From a candidate division WWE3 bacterium (GTDB lineage Bacteria > Patescibacteriota > WWE3 > UBA101185 > UBA10185): a DNA stretch of 44,112 nt. Shown here piece after piece: positions 1 to 9,599 of the stretch. The stretch is from assembly GCA_945897985.1 (NCBI GenBank), contig CAMDGN010000003.1:1-44112 (forward strand), in the 5' to 3' direction. Below the pieces are notes generated by a model that did no database searches, had not been told where the DNA came from, and saw only the letters and a list, made by a program, of their open reading frames with translations. Position 1 is the stretch's first letter, and each line of letters opens with the position of its first letter. The translations under genes and the position numbers were made by a program.

Positions 1-221
1 TTATAAGCTCTATGAACAACGAATTCCTAAGACAAGAGCTTATTTCTGCCAAATTAAAGTTCGAGGGAGACGGCCCTTTTAAAGTTTATATCAAGGAAAA
101 AGACCTTCAAACTCTCTTTCAAAAACTAAAATCAAAACTCTCACTAATACAAGTTCACAACCCAACTTTAGAGCAGGTTTATCTAAAAATTATAGGAGAT
201 GCAAAACATGAGAACCTTTAA
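1..221 (+). CDS. ABC transporter ATP-binding subunit, C-terminal fragment (5' end outside window)
   Basis: Frame is open to the window edge; ends in PTLEQVYLKIIG, typical of DrrA/NodI-type ATPase C-termini; overlaps an ABC-2 permease. Confidence 0.75.
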   Translation, partial: ISSMNNEFLRQELISAKLKFEGDGPFKVYIKEKDLQTLFQKLKSKLSLIQVHNPTLEQVYLKIIGDAKHENL

Positions 222-987
222 TGCGATCTTTATTATCGCTTATAGAGATGTTTTAAAGCTCTTTAGAGACAAAAGAAGGTTGGTAAGCGGTTTAATATTC
301 CCAATCGCTTCTATTGCGATTTTGGGGTCTAGCTTAGATGCAAATTTATCTAAGACAATTGGTTTTAACTTTTTAGTCTTTGTTTATTTAGGAGTCATGG
401 TTCAAAATATGTTTTCATCCACCGCATCTGGAATTGCTTGGTTAATAGAGGATAGGCAAAATGATTTTTCTCAATCCTTTTTTGTAGCTCCAATTTCTAG
501 ATACGCAATTATTATCGGTAAGATTTTAGGGGAAAGTATTGTTTCTTATACCCAGATTGTAGGTTTGTTGGCAATTGGTTATTTACTAAATATTCCACTA
601 GATTTTGAAAAATTATTACTTCTTTTACCAGTTCTATTTTTGATCTGCTTCTTTGGAGGAGCTTTTGGGGTTTTAATTATGGCTAACTTTATGGATAAAA
701 GAAGTATTGACCAGGTTTTTCCTTTTTTTATCTTTCCACAATTTTTTCTTTCAGGTGTATTCACTCCAATGAAAAACCTGCCTGAGTACCTAATAATACT
801 ATCAAGAATCACCCCATTATTTTATGCAGTCGACTTTGTTAGAGGGATTTATTTTTTTGGTAAGCCTGAATACAGCGAAGTTGTAGTTTACAGCCCTTTA
901 ACCAATTTAATCGTAATGATTATTATGTTTTTCGCGTTTATCATTACCGGTACTTATATCTTTGTTAAATCAGAGAAAGAGAGATAA
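208..987 (+). CDS. ABC-2 type exporter permease
   Basis: About 6 hydrophobic segments; EDRQ..FFVAPISR..IIIGK, FLSGVFTP and TPLFYAVD motifs; AGGAG at 194-198 favours ATG 208 over 199. Confidence 0.9.
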   Translation: MRTFNAIFIIAYRDVLKLFRDKRRLVSGLIFPIASIAILGSSLDANLSKTIGFNFLVFVYLGVMVQNMFSSTASGIAWLIEDRQNDFSQSFFVAPISRYAIIIGKILGESIVSYTQIVGLLAIGYLLNIPLDFEKLLLLLPVLFLICFFGGAFGVLIMANFMDKRSIDQVFPFFIFPQFFLSGVFTPMKNLPEYLIILSRITPLFYAVDFVRGIYFFGKPEYSEVVVYSPLTNLIVMIIMFFAFIITGTYIFVKSEKER

Positions 988-996
988 AATACAGCC

Positions 997-1551
997 ATGT
1001 TTTTAAGAAACGTAAAAAATTCAATATTAGAGATTGTTGAGACTCTTTTGACCTCATTTATAGTACTAATGACTGTGTACGTAGTTGTTGCTTTTCCGGT
1101 CGGAGTCTCTGGATCCTCGATGTCGCCAAATTTAGAAACTGGGGATAGGTTACTGGTTGAAAAGGTGACTAGGCTATTTGAAGGCTATTCCAGAGGAGAT
1201 ATTGTAGTTTTGCATCCTCCTGAGAACGATTATATTGATTATGTCAAAAGAATTGTTGGGATGCCCGGAGACACAATCAAGATAGTTAACTGTAAGGTCA
1301 TGATTTCAAGAAATGATACTAAATTCTTATTAAATGAAGAACTTTATCTTTCCCCAGAGGTTTGCACTAATGGCGGAAAGTCCTTAGCAGAAGGTAGGAT
1401 TTACAATCTTAAAGTTAATGAGTATGTAGTTTTGGGCGATAACAGGGGTAATTCCTCCGATTCCAGGTACTTTGGGATTGTTTCAGAGGATAGAATTCAA
1501 GGTAAAGTGGTAGCAAGACTGTGGCCTTTTGAAAAAGCTAAGCTATACTAA
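997..1551 (+). CDS. lepB: Signal peptidase I
   Basis: N-terminal TM; SGSSMSP (catalytic Ser), YVKRIVG (catalytic Lys), GDNRGNSSDSR. Confidence 0.95.
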   Translation: MFLRNVKNSILEIVETLLTSFIVLMTVYVVVAFPVGVSGSSMSPNLETGDRLLVEKVTRLFEGYSRGDIVVLHPPENDYIDYVKRIVGMPGDTIKIVNCKVMISRNDTKFLLNEELYLSPEVCTNGGKSLAEGRIYNLKVNEYVVLGDNRGNSSDSRYFGIVSEDRIQGKVVARLWPFEKAKLY

Positions 1552-1591
1552 ATTTTACTGAGATAAAAATAAACGCAACAAATTAAATATG

Positions 1592-1620
1592 TTGACAGAG
1601 ATAGTTTATTGTATTATCAT
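1592..1620 (+). promoter_or_regulatory. sigma70-type promoter for rpoBC and downstream cluster
   Basis: TTGACA (1592-1597), 17-bp spacer, TATCAT (1615-1620), AT-rich upstream. Confidence 0.75.
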
Positions 1621-1662
1621 GTCCGTATTCGTTTCTTGATTTATAAATAAAAAAACCACTTA

Positions 1663-4600
1663 ATGAGATATAACCTAGCAAAAAATTCAAAGAAGTTCCC
1701 AATACCAAACTTATCAAGCTCACAAAAAGAGTCATACAACACCCTTATTAAAGAAGGTTTTAACGAATTATTAAAAGAATTCGGAACTATTATTGATGAA
1801 AGTGGTAGAGGCTGGGAATTAACTTTCTCAAACCCTACATTAGAAAAACCAGTTATTTCTTTGGAAGAGGCTATTAGAAAAGGAAAATCATACGAGGCTC
1901 CTTGGTATTTAACAGCTACACTTAAAGACGCAGTTAGAAGAATTGAAAAAGTTCAAAACATATACATGGGAGATATCCCATTGATGACTGATACAGGAAC
2001 TTTCATTATTAACGGAACTGAAAAAATAGTACAACACCAACTTGTAAGAGCTGAAGGATCCTACTTCACAGCTGATATCTCTCCAATGACAAGACAAATT
2101 TTAGGAGGAGTTAAAATCCAACCTAAAATTGGATCATGGGTTGAAATCGAAACTTCAAGAACTGGTGTTCTTTCTGTAAAAATTGACAAAAAAAGAAAAT
2201 TTACAGCCACAACTTTACTAAGAGTATTCGGAATTGAATCAGACGATCAAATCAGAGAATTATTCAAGGATGTTGACATTAATCCTGAAGTATCCTATAT
2301 CGAATCAACAATCGTTAAAGACCCTTCATCTTCAAAAGAAGAAGCTGCAATTGAAATCTTCAGAAAAATGAAACCAGGGGAGCCTTTAATTTTAGAAGAT
2401 GCTCAAAGACAAATCAATCAATTATTTTTCGACCCAAACAGATATTCACTTGGTAAAGTTGGAAGATTTAAAATCAATCAAAAATTTGGTTTAGATACAC
2501 CAAACGACGACATTCACAGATTACTCACTAAGGAAGACTTAGTAGAAATTATCAAATATATTATTAAAATTAACAACGGTTTAGGTCAACCTGATGATAT
2601 CGATCACTTAGGAAATAGAAGACTTAAATCAGTTGGTGAATTACTACAAATTGAAGTTAGAAGAGGTTATTTACAACTTAAGGCTAATATTTTAGAAAAA
2701 ATTTCTCTACAGCAAAGAGACTCTTTCCCAGAGCCTTCAGTTTTGATTTCAACCAAGCCTGTTTCATCAAAGATTCAATCTTTCTTTAATACTGGTAGAT
2801 CAACTGCTCTACACGAACAGTTCAACCCATTAACAAGACTTGACTACTTACGAAGAATGAATGCAGCTGGTCTTACTAAAGAAAGAGCTGGACTTGCGGT
2901 AAGAGACGTTCACTATTCACAATACGGTAAAATTTGTGCCGTTAGAACTCCAGAAGGTGCAAGCATTGGTCTTACAACTTTCTTATCTATCTACGCAAGA
3001 ATTAACGAGTATGGTTTCATTGAAACCCCTTACTTCGTACTTGATAAATCAGGAGACAAAGTAAAAGTTACTGATCAAGTAGTTTACCTTGCAGCTTACG
3101 ATGAAGATAATTCCTACATCATAGGGTATGGAGCTGAAATTGACGAAAAAGGATTCATTGTTGAAAAGCAAGTTCCTCTTAGAAAGAAAGGTCAATTTAT
3201 CCTTGGTGATCCAGCTCAAGCTGATTACATTGACGTTGACTCAGCTCAGGTTATCGGTATCACTGCAGGACTTATTCCTTTCATTCAATCTGACGACGTT
3301 ACTAGAACCTTGATGGCTTCATCCCAATTGAACCAAGCTGTTCCTCTGATTAAAGCTGACGCCCCATTAGTTGGAACTGGTATTGAAGAAGATATTGCTA
3401 AAAATTCTGAATGGATTCAATTTGCCGATAAAGATGGTGTTGTTGAATACGCTGACTCTTCTAAAGTTATTGTTAGATACGCAGGAGATAAAGAATTAAC
3501 AACTTATAACCCAACTAAGTTTAGAAAATCAAATCAAAATACAAACTATAACCAAAAAGTTACAGTTAATTCAGGTCAAAAAGTTAAAGCCGGAGAAATT
3601 CTTTTCGAAGGACCTTCAATCTCTAATGGTGAGTTAGCAATTGGTGCTAACGTTAGAGCTGCTTACATGGTATGGAGTGGTTATGAATTCGAAGACGGAA
3701 TTGTAATCTCTGACAGACTTGTAAAAGAAGACATTTTAACATCTATTAAAATTGAAATTAAAGAGTGTGAAGTTGTTGAAACTAAACTTGGAAATGAAGA
3801 GATCACAAGAGACATTCCTAACGTTTCTGAAGATTCACTTAGACACTTAGACAAACACGGTATCATCGCTGTTGGATCAGAAGTTTTCCCAGGAGATATC
3901 CTAGTTGGTAAAGTCGCACCTAAAGGTGAAGGAGATTTATCAGCTGAAGAAAGACTTCTACGAGCTATCTTCGGAGAAAAAGCTAAAGATGTCAGAAACA
4001 CCTCCCTATCTATGGATAACGGAGAAAAGGGAACTGTTATTGAGGTTAGAAGACTGTCTAGAAAAGATTCAAGCTTCAGCAAAAACGGTGTTATTGAAAA
4101 AGTTCAAGTTTTCATTGCACAACAAAAGAAGATTGAAATCGGAGACAAATTGGCTGGAAGACACGGAAACAAAGGAGTTATCTCCGCTATCGTTCCTGAA
4201 ATTGACATGCCTCACATGGAAGACGGAACTACAATAGATATTATCTTCTCAGCAGAATCTGTACTTAAGAGAATGAACTTAGGTCAAACCTTCGAAGCTC
4301 CTCTAGGACTTGCTGGAAGAAGATTAGGTAAAAGGTACACAGTTCCTGTTCTTAAAGAGATCGATAACGATATTATTGCTAAAGAACTTGAAGATGCCAA
4401 TATACCTGCTAACGGTAAAGTTAGATTGGTTGATGGTAGAACCGGTGAGTTCTTTGACAGACCAATTACTGTTGGAGAAACTTATATCCTAAAACTTCAC
4501 CACATGTCTGAGGATAAGATTCACGCAAGATCTGTTGGACCTTATAACTTGATCCACCAACAACCTCAACAAGGTAAACAAAACATGGGTGGTCAAAGAC

Positions 4601-4980
4601 TTGGAGAAATGGAAGTTTGGGCATTGCAAGCTTATTCAGCTGCAAACTTACTACAAGAAATGTTGACAATCAAATCAGACGATATGATTGGAAGAGATAA
4701 AGCTTATAGAGCAATTCTTGAAGGTCAACCAATTCCTGAGCCTACAGTTCCTGAATCATTCAAACTTCTTGTAAGAGAGTTGAACGGTCTAGGTCTAGGT
4801 ATCGATCCTTTAGAAGCTATTAGACAAGAAGTGGAAGATGTTGTTACTCCGGAAACACCTCTTGTTGAAGAAGAAAGCACATTGGCTGATGAAGATACAG
4901 CAGACAAAATAACTGAAGGTATGTCAGAAGTTGATGATAAAAAAGATGTTAATTTCGAAAATATGGAGGAAATAGAATAA
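1663..4980 (+). CDS. rpoB: RNA polymerase beta subunit
   Basis: DDIDHLGNRR, RDVH, GDKLAGRHGNKG, KLHHMSEDKIHARS, GGQRLGEMEVWAL, KSDD motifs. Confidence 0.99.
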   Translation: MRYNLAKNSKKFPIPNLSSSQKESYNTLIKEGFNELLKEFGTIIDESGRGWELTFSNPTLEKPVISLEEAIRKGKSYEAPWYLTATLKDAVRRIEKVQNIYMGDIPLMTDTGTFIINGTEKIVQHQLVRAEGSYFTADISPMTRQILGGVKIQPKIGSWVEIETSRTGVLSVKIDKKRKFTATTLLRVFGIESDDQIRELFKDVDINPEVSYIESTIVKDPSSSKEEAAIEIFRKMKPGEPLILEDAQRQINQLFFDPNRYSLGKVGRFKINQKFGLDTPNDDIHRLLTKEDLVEIIKYIIKINNGLGQPDDIDHLGNRRLKSVGELLQIEVRRGYLQLKANILEKISLQQRDSFPEPSVLISTKPVSSKIQSFFNTGRSTALHEQFNPLTRLDYLRRMNAAGLTKERAGLAVRDVHYSQYGKICAVRTPEGASIGLTTFLSIYARINEYGFIETPYFVLDKSGDKVKVTDQVVYLAAYDEDNSYIIGYGAEIDEKGFIVEKQVPLRKKGQFILGDPAQADYIDVDSAQVIGITAGLIPFIQSDDVTRTLMASSQLNQAVPLIKADAPLVGTGIEEDIAKNSEWIQFADKDGVVEYADSSKVIVRYAGDKELTTYNPTKFRKSNQNTNYNQKVTVNSGQKVKAGEILFEGPSISNGELAIGANVRAAYMVWSGYEFEDGIVISDRLVKEDILTSIKIEIKECEVVETKLGNEEITRDIPNVSEDSLRHLDKHGIIAVGSEVFPGDILVGKVAPKGEGDLSAEERLLRAIFGEKAKDVRNTSLSMDNGEKGTVIEVRRLSRKDSSFSKNGVIEKVQVFIAQQKKIEIGDKLAGRHGNKGVISAIVPEIDMPHMEDGTTIDIIFSAESVLKRMNLGQTFEAPLGLAGRRLGKRYTVPVLKEIDNDIIAKELEDANIPANGKVRLVDGRTGEFFDRPITVGETYILKLHHMSEDKIHARSVGPYNLIHQQPQQGKQNMGGQRLGEMEVWALQAYSAANLLQEMLTIKSDDMIGRDKAYRAILEGQPIPEPTVPESFKLLVRELNGLGLGIDPLEAIRQEVEDVVTPETPLVEEESTLADEDTADKITEGMSEVDDKKDVNFENMEEIE

Positions 4981-7900
4981 TGAAAAATATACAGGATCTT
5001 AAAAAATTTGAAGCGTTAAAAATTTATATTGCGTCAACTGACGACATTTTAAATTGGTCCTATGGTGAGATTACTAAACCTGAAACTATTAACTATAGAA
5101 CTTTTAAACCTGAAAAATTTGGTTTATTCGATGAAAGAATTTTCGGACCTCATAAATCTTACGAGTGTGCTTGTGGAAAATATAAAAGAATTAGATACAA
5201 AGGTGTAATTTGTGATAAATGTGGTGTTGAAGTAACTACCTCAAAAGTTAGAAGAGAAAGAATGGGCCACATTAAACTTGCTACTCCTGTTGCACACGTA
5301 TGGTTTTTTAAGGCAAACCCTTCAAAATTAGCTACATTATTAGACTTATCTCCTAGAAATCTTGAATCTGTTATTTATTTCTCATCTTTCATCGTAACTG
5401 AAGTTGAGAACTCTAAAAAACCTTCCGCAGTTACTAAAGTTGAAAAAGACTTGATGGCTGAGAAGGAGCTGTTAGTTAGAGAAATGGAACTTAAGATCGC
5501 TGACTTAGAAGCTACAAAAGGTGCCGAACTCAGAGCTAAAAAAGGCCTATCTGTAGAGGAAGCTTTAAACAAGCTACAAGGCCAAATACAAAAAATTAAA
5601 AACAATTATGCTGATAAACAAGCTGATGTTGAGTCTCAATACAAGATGTTTATTAAGAGAATTGAAAGCATGGATGTTCATACAATTATCCCTGATACAG
5701 AATATACAGTTTTGATGTCTTACCTACCATTGTTTGCAAAATTAAGCATTGGTGCTGAAGGAATTCAACAAATTCTTAAAGACTTAGACTTGAATAAAAT
5801 CGCTCTTGAGTTAAAAGAGGGTCTTGAGAATGCTAAAGAAGCTAAAGCTATCAAACTTCTTAAGAGATTAAAAGTTGTTGAAGGCTTCAGAAGATCAAGC
5901 ATTAACCCAGACAGAATGATTATGGAAGTAATTCCAGTAATCCCTTGTGACTTAAGACCAATCGTTCCTATTGAAGGTGGAAGAGCTTTCTCATCTGACT
6001 TAAACGACTTATATAGAAGAGTTATCAATAGAAATAACCGATTGAAGAGACTTATGGATCTTGGTGCCCCTGAGATTATCTTAAGAAACGAAAAAAGAAT
6101 GTTACAAGAAGCTGTTGACGGTTTATTTGACTCTTCAAAACAAAGAGTAAGTTCAAAAGCAGCTAGAGGTCCTCAAGCAGCTAAAAAACAATTAAAGTCA
6201 CTTGCTGACCTACTAAAAGGTAAATCTGGACGATTCAGAGGTAACCTTCTTGGTAAAAGAGTGGACTACTCAGGAAGATCCGTTATCGTTAACGGCCCTG
6301 ATTTGAAGATTAATGAGTGTGGTATTCCTAGAGAAATGGCTCTTGAGTTATTCAAACCAATGGTTCTAAGAGAACTTATGGTTAGAGGTAATCCAAATGA
6401 AAGATCAGCTAAGGCTGTACTTGATTCAAGAGTTGGTGAAGTTTATGACGTATTGGAAGAGGTTGTAAAAGGCCATCCAGTTCTTCTAAACAGAGCTCCT
6501 ACACTTTGGAGACTTGGTATCCAAGCTTTCTATCCAAAATTAATTGATGGAAACGCAATCAGATTACACTTATGTGTTGCTTCTGGTTATAACGCGGACT
6601 TTGACGGTGACACTATGTCTGTTCACGTTCCTCTATCCGAAAAAGCTATTGATGAAGCTAAGAATTTAATGATTTCAACCAATAACTTGTTGAAACCTTC
6701 AGACGGTACTCCAGTTGCTAACCCAGCTAAGGAAATGATCTGGGGATGTTTCTACCTAACTAAGATGGATGAAACAATGCCTGAATACTCAAAAGTATTC
6801 TCAAACTTTGACGAAGCAAGGTACATTTTAGATTCAACTTCTGAAATTGATGTACACCAACCAATCAAAGTAAGACACAATGGGGAAATTATTAGAACAA
6901 CTGTTGGAAGAATTATTTTTAACGAAATTATCCCTTCAGATGTGTTTGAAAATAAATCTTTTGACAAAAAAGCTATCAACAAATCAATTCTTGACGCCTT
7001 TAAAATCGTTGATAATGAAAGACTTGGTCAATTTATTGACGACCTAAAGAATATCGGTTTGAAATACGGAACCAGTTCTGGTCAATCAGCTTCTGCTAGG
7101 GATATTGTCTCTCCAGAATCTCTTGATATTGTTATTTCTGAAGCTAAGCTAAAAATGGAAGAGCTAAACAAAGCTCTAAAAAGAGGTCTTGCTACTCAAC
7201 AAAACGTTTCCCAAAGAGCCAACGAGATCTGGAAAGATGCGTTCGCAAAAATCCAAAGTGATTTATGGAACAACTTATCAGCTACTAACCCTGTTAAAGA
7301 GTTGATCGAATCAGGATCTTCAAAAGCTACAAAAGATTCTATTACTCAGATTGCTGGAATGAAAGGTCAGATCGTTGACACATCAGGTAAAACTGTTGAT
7401 TTCCCAATCTTAGGAAATTATATTTCAGGACTTTCAGGTTTTGAATACTTCTTAAGCTCTAAATCAGCTAGAAAAGGACTTTCAGACCGAGCTCTAAAGA
7501 CTGCTGACTCCGGTTATTTAACTAGAAGATTAGTAGACGTTGCTCAAGACGTTATTGTTAGACAAGAAGATTGTGGAACAACAGACGGATTTGCAATGGA
7601 AGTTACAGATAAAGGTTTCTCTCTTGATTTCGAGTCAAGAATGGAAGGAAGATTTGTAGCTAAAGATGTTAAAGACGGAAGCAAAGTTGTGATTAAAGCT
7701 GGAACAATGTTAACCGCTGAGATTATCAAAGAGATTAAATCTCTTGGTATCAAGGAGATATCAATTAGATCACCACTATCTTGTCAGACAAATAGAGGAA
7801 TCTGTCAAAAATGCTTTGGAATAGATTTAATGACTAAGGAAATGATAAAGATTGGTACTCCAATTGGAGTTGCTTCCGCACAATCTATCGGAGAGCCAGG

Positions 7901-8660
7901 AACTCAGTTAACAATGAGAACATTCTGGGGAGGAGGAGTTGCCGGAGGAGCTGACATTACTGTTGGTCTTGAAAGAGTTGAAGAAATTTTCGAGGCTAGA
8001 ATTCCAAAAGCTCAAGCAACCCTTGCTGAAATTGACGGTAAAGTTAAGATTATAGAGACCGGAGATGATAGAAAGATTATTATTCTACCTAAGAACAAGA
8101 CTGAGGAAGAAGAAGCTGAGTATATTATCGATACAGTTATGAAGATTATCGTTGAAGATGGTCAAGAAGTTGTAAAGGGTGACAAATTAACAGACGGACA
8201 CAAAGACCTAACTGAGTTACAAAGACTAGTTGGAGTTGCTGGAACTAAGAAGTACATCGTAGATGACGTTGTTAAGATGTATTCATCACAAGGTGTTGCT
8301 TTAAACGACAAATATGTGGAAGTTATTGTAAGACAAATGTTTAATCACGTTAGAGTTGAGGATTCAGGAGACACAACATTTATGGTTGGTGAAACTGTAA
8401 CAAGAGCAGGATTTAAAGAAGAGAATGAAAAGATTATTGCTTCAGGTGGAAGACCTGCAATTGGAAACGTTATCTTACTTGGAATCAAGAGAGCTGCTAT
8501 CGGATCAGATTCATTCTTATCCGCTGCATCATTTGAGCAAACATCGCTAGTATTGACCGATGCTGCTGCTTCTGGTAAAGTTGACTCGCTAATCGGATTG
8601 AAGGAAAACGTAATTATAGGAAGACTAATTCCAGTAGGTGATTACGTAAAGAAAATATAA
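4980..8660 (+). CDS. rpoC: RNA polymerase beta' subunit
   Basis: KPETINYRT, Zn finger [42 protein letters not shown]. Confidence 0.99.
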   Translation: MKNIQDLKKFEALKIYIASTDDILNWSYGEITKPETINYRTFKPEKFGLFDERIFGPHKSYECACGKYKRIRYKGVICDKCGVEVTTSKVRRERMGHIKLATPVAHVWFFKANPSKLATLLDLSPRNLESVIYFSSFIVTEVENSKKPSAVTKVEKDLMAEKELLVREMELKIADLEATKGAELRAKKGLSVEEALNKLQGQIQKIKNNYADKQADVESQYKMFIKRIESMDVHTIIPDTEYTVLMSYLPLFAKLSIGAEGIQQILKDLDLNKIALELKEGLENAKEAKAIKLLKRLKVVEGFRRSSINPDRMIMEVIPVIPCDLRPIVPIEGGRAFSSDLNDLYRRVINRNNRLKRLMDLGAPEIILRNEKRMLQEAVDGLFDSSKQRVSSKAARGPQAAKKQLKSLADLLKGKSGRFRGNLLGKRVDYSGRSVIVNGPDLKINECGIPREMALELFKPMVLRELMVRGNPNERSAKAVLDSRVGEVYDVLEEVVKGHPVLLNRAPTLWRLGIQAFYPKLIDGNAIRLHLCVASGYNADFDGDTMSVHVPLSEKAIDEAKNLMISTNNLLKPSDGTPVANPAKEMIWGCFYLTKMDETMPEYSKVFSNFDEARYILDSTSEIDVHQPIKVRHNGEIIRTTVGRIIFNEIIPSDVFENKSFDKKAINKSILDAFKIVDNERLGQFIDDLKNIGLKYGTSSGQSASARDIVSPESLDIVISEAKLKMEELNKALKRGLATQQNVSQRANEIWKDAFAKIQSDLWNNLSATNPVKELIESGSSKATKDSITQIAGMKGQIVDTSGKTVDFPILGNYISGLSGFEYFLSSKSARKGLSDRALKTADSGYLTRRLVDVAQDVIVRQEDCGTTDGFAMEVTDKGFSLDFESRMEGRFVAKDVKDGSKVVIKAGTMLTAEIIKEIKSLGIKEISIRSPLSCQTNRGICQKCFGIDLMTKEMIKIGTPIGVASAQSIGEPGTQLTMRTFWGGGVAGGADITVGLERVEEIFEARIPKAQATLAEIDGKVKIIETGDDRKIIILPKNKTEEEEAEYIIDTVMKIIVEDGQEVVKGDKLTDGHKDLTELQRLVGVAGTKKYIVDDVVKMYSSQGVALNDKYVEVIVRQMFNHVRVEDSGDTTFMVGETVTRAGFKEENEKIIASGGRPAIGNVILLGIKRAAIGSDSFLSAASFEQTSLVLTDAAASGKVDSLIGLKENVIIGRLIPVGDYVKKI

Positions 8661-8661
8661 T

Positions 8662-9081
8662 ATGCCAACATTTAACCAGTTGTTGAAAACAAAAAGAAAA
8701 TCGAAAAAACTTAAATCAAAAGCTCCGGCTCTAGGTGAAATTTTTAACTCAAAAAAGAAGGTTTCTAAGAAATTAATCTCTCCTTTCAAGAGAGGTGTTT
8801 GTTTACAAGTTAAAACACAAACTCCTAAGAAACCTAACTCAGCTTTAAGAAAAGTTGCTAGAGTTAGACTTTCAAACGGTAAAGAGCTAACTGCTTACAT
8901 CCCAGGAGAAGGACATAACTTACAAGAGCACTCTGTTGTAATGATCAGAGGTGGAAAAGTTAAAGACTTGCCAGGTATTAAATATACAATTGTTAGAGGT
9001 ACTTTCGACTTACAAGGAGTTAAAAATAGAAAAACTTCAAGATCAGTTTACGGTACTAAGAAAGAGGTAGTTAAAAAATAA
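8662..9081 (+). CDS. rpsL: 30S protein uS12
   Basis: [26 protein letters not shown]. Confidence 0.99.
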   Translation: MPTFNQLLKTKRKSKKLKSKAPALGEIFNSKKKVSKKLISPFKRGVCLQVKTQTPKKPNSALRKVARVRLSNGKELTAYIPGEGHNLQEHSVVMIRGGKVKDLPGIKYTIVRGTFDLQGVKNRKTSRSVYGTKKEVVKK

Positions 9082-9084
9082 CCT

Positions 9085-9549
9085 ATGAGATCAGGAGCCA
9101 TTAAAAAAAGACAAGTAAACCCAGATATCGTTTTCAAATCAAAAACTGTATCTAAATTAATTAACATCTTAATGTTACACGGTAAGAAGTCTCTTGCTGA
9201 AAAAATTATTTATTCTTCATTAGATAAAATTAATGAAGACAAGAAAGAGTCATTAAGAATTTTCGAACAAGCTATCAAGAATGTAATGCCTAAAAATGAA
9301 GTTAGATCAAGAAGAGTTGGTGGAGCAACCTACCAAGTTCCTTATCCAGTTAAACACGAAAGATCTGAAAGTTTAGCTTTAAAATGGATTGTTGAATCTG
9401 CTAGAAAAAAACAAGGTAAAGAGATGGTAGAATTTTTGAAAGATGAGATTCTAAACGCATACAATAATATGGGCGACGCTATCAGAAAAAGAGACGACGT
9501 TCATAAGATGGCTGAATCAAACAAGGCCTTCTCTCACTTAAAGATCTAA
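9085..9549 (+). CDS. rpsG: 30S protein uS7
   Basis: EVRSRRVGGATYQVP, HKMAESNKAF. Confidence 0.99.
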   Translation: MRSGAIKKRQVNPDIVFKSKTVSKLINILMLHGKKSLAEKIIYSSLDKINEDKKESLRIFEQAIKNVMPKNEVRSRRVGGATYQVPYPVKHERSESLALKWIVESARKKQGKEMVEFLKDEILNAYNNMGDAIRKRDDVHKMAESNKAFSHLKI

Positions 9550-9599
9550 TCTAATAAGTATAAATTTTTGAGGAAACTTCGTTACAAGAGACTTAAAAT

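Noticed and set aside
4812-4980. Acidic C-terminal tail of RpoB
   Set aside because: Acidic tails are common on beta subunits in several phyla
5400-5675. Coiled-coil insertion in beta' as a novelty or intein
   Set aside because: No intein splice motifs; lineage-specific inserts at this position are known, e.g. in Actinobacteria
6507-7928. TGG reassigned to His, suggested by two H-to-W changes in RpoC
   Set aside because: TGG encodes conserved Trp elsewhere (EVWAL, MDWME, KTWSR) and conserved His sites use CAY, so there is no recoding
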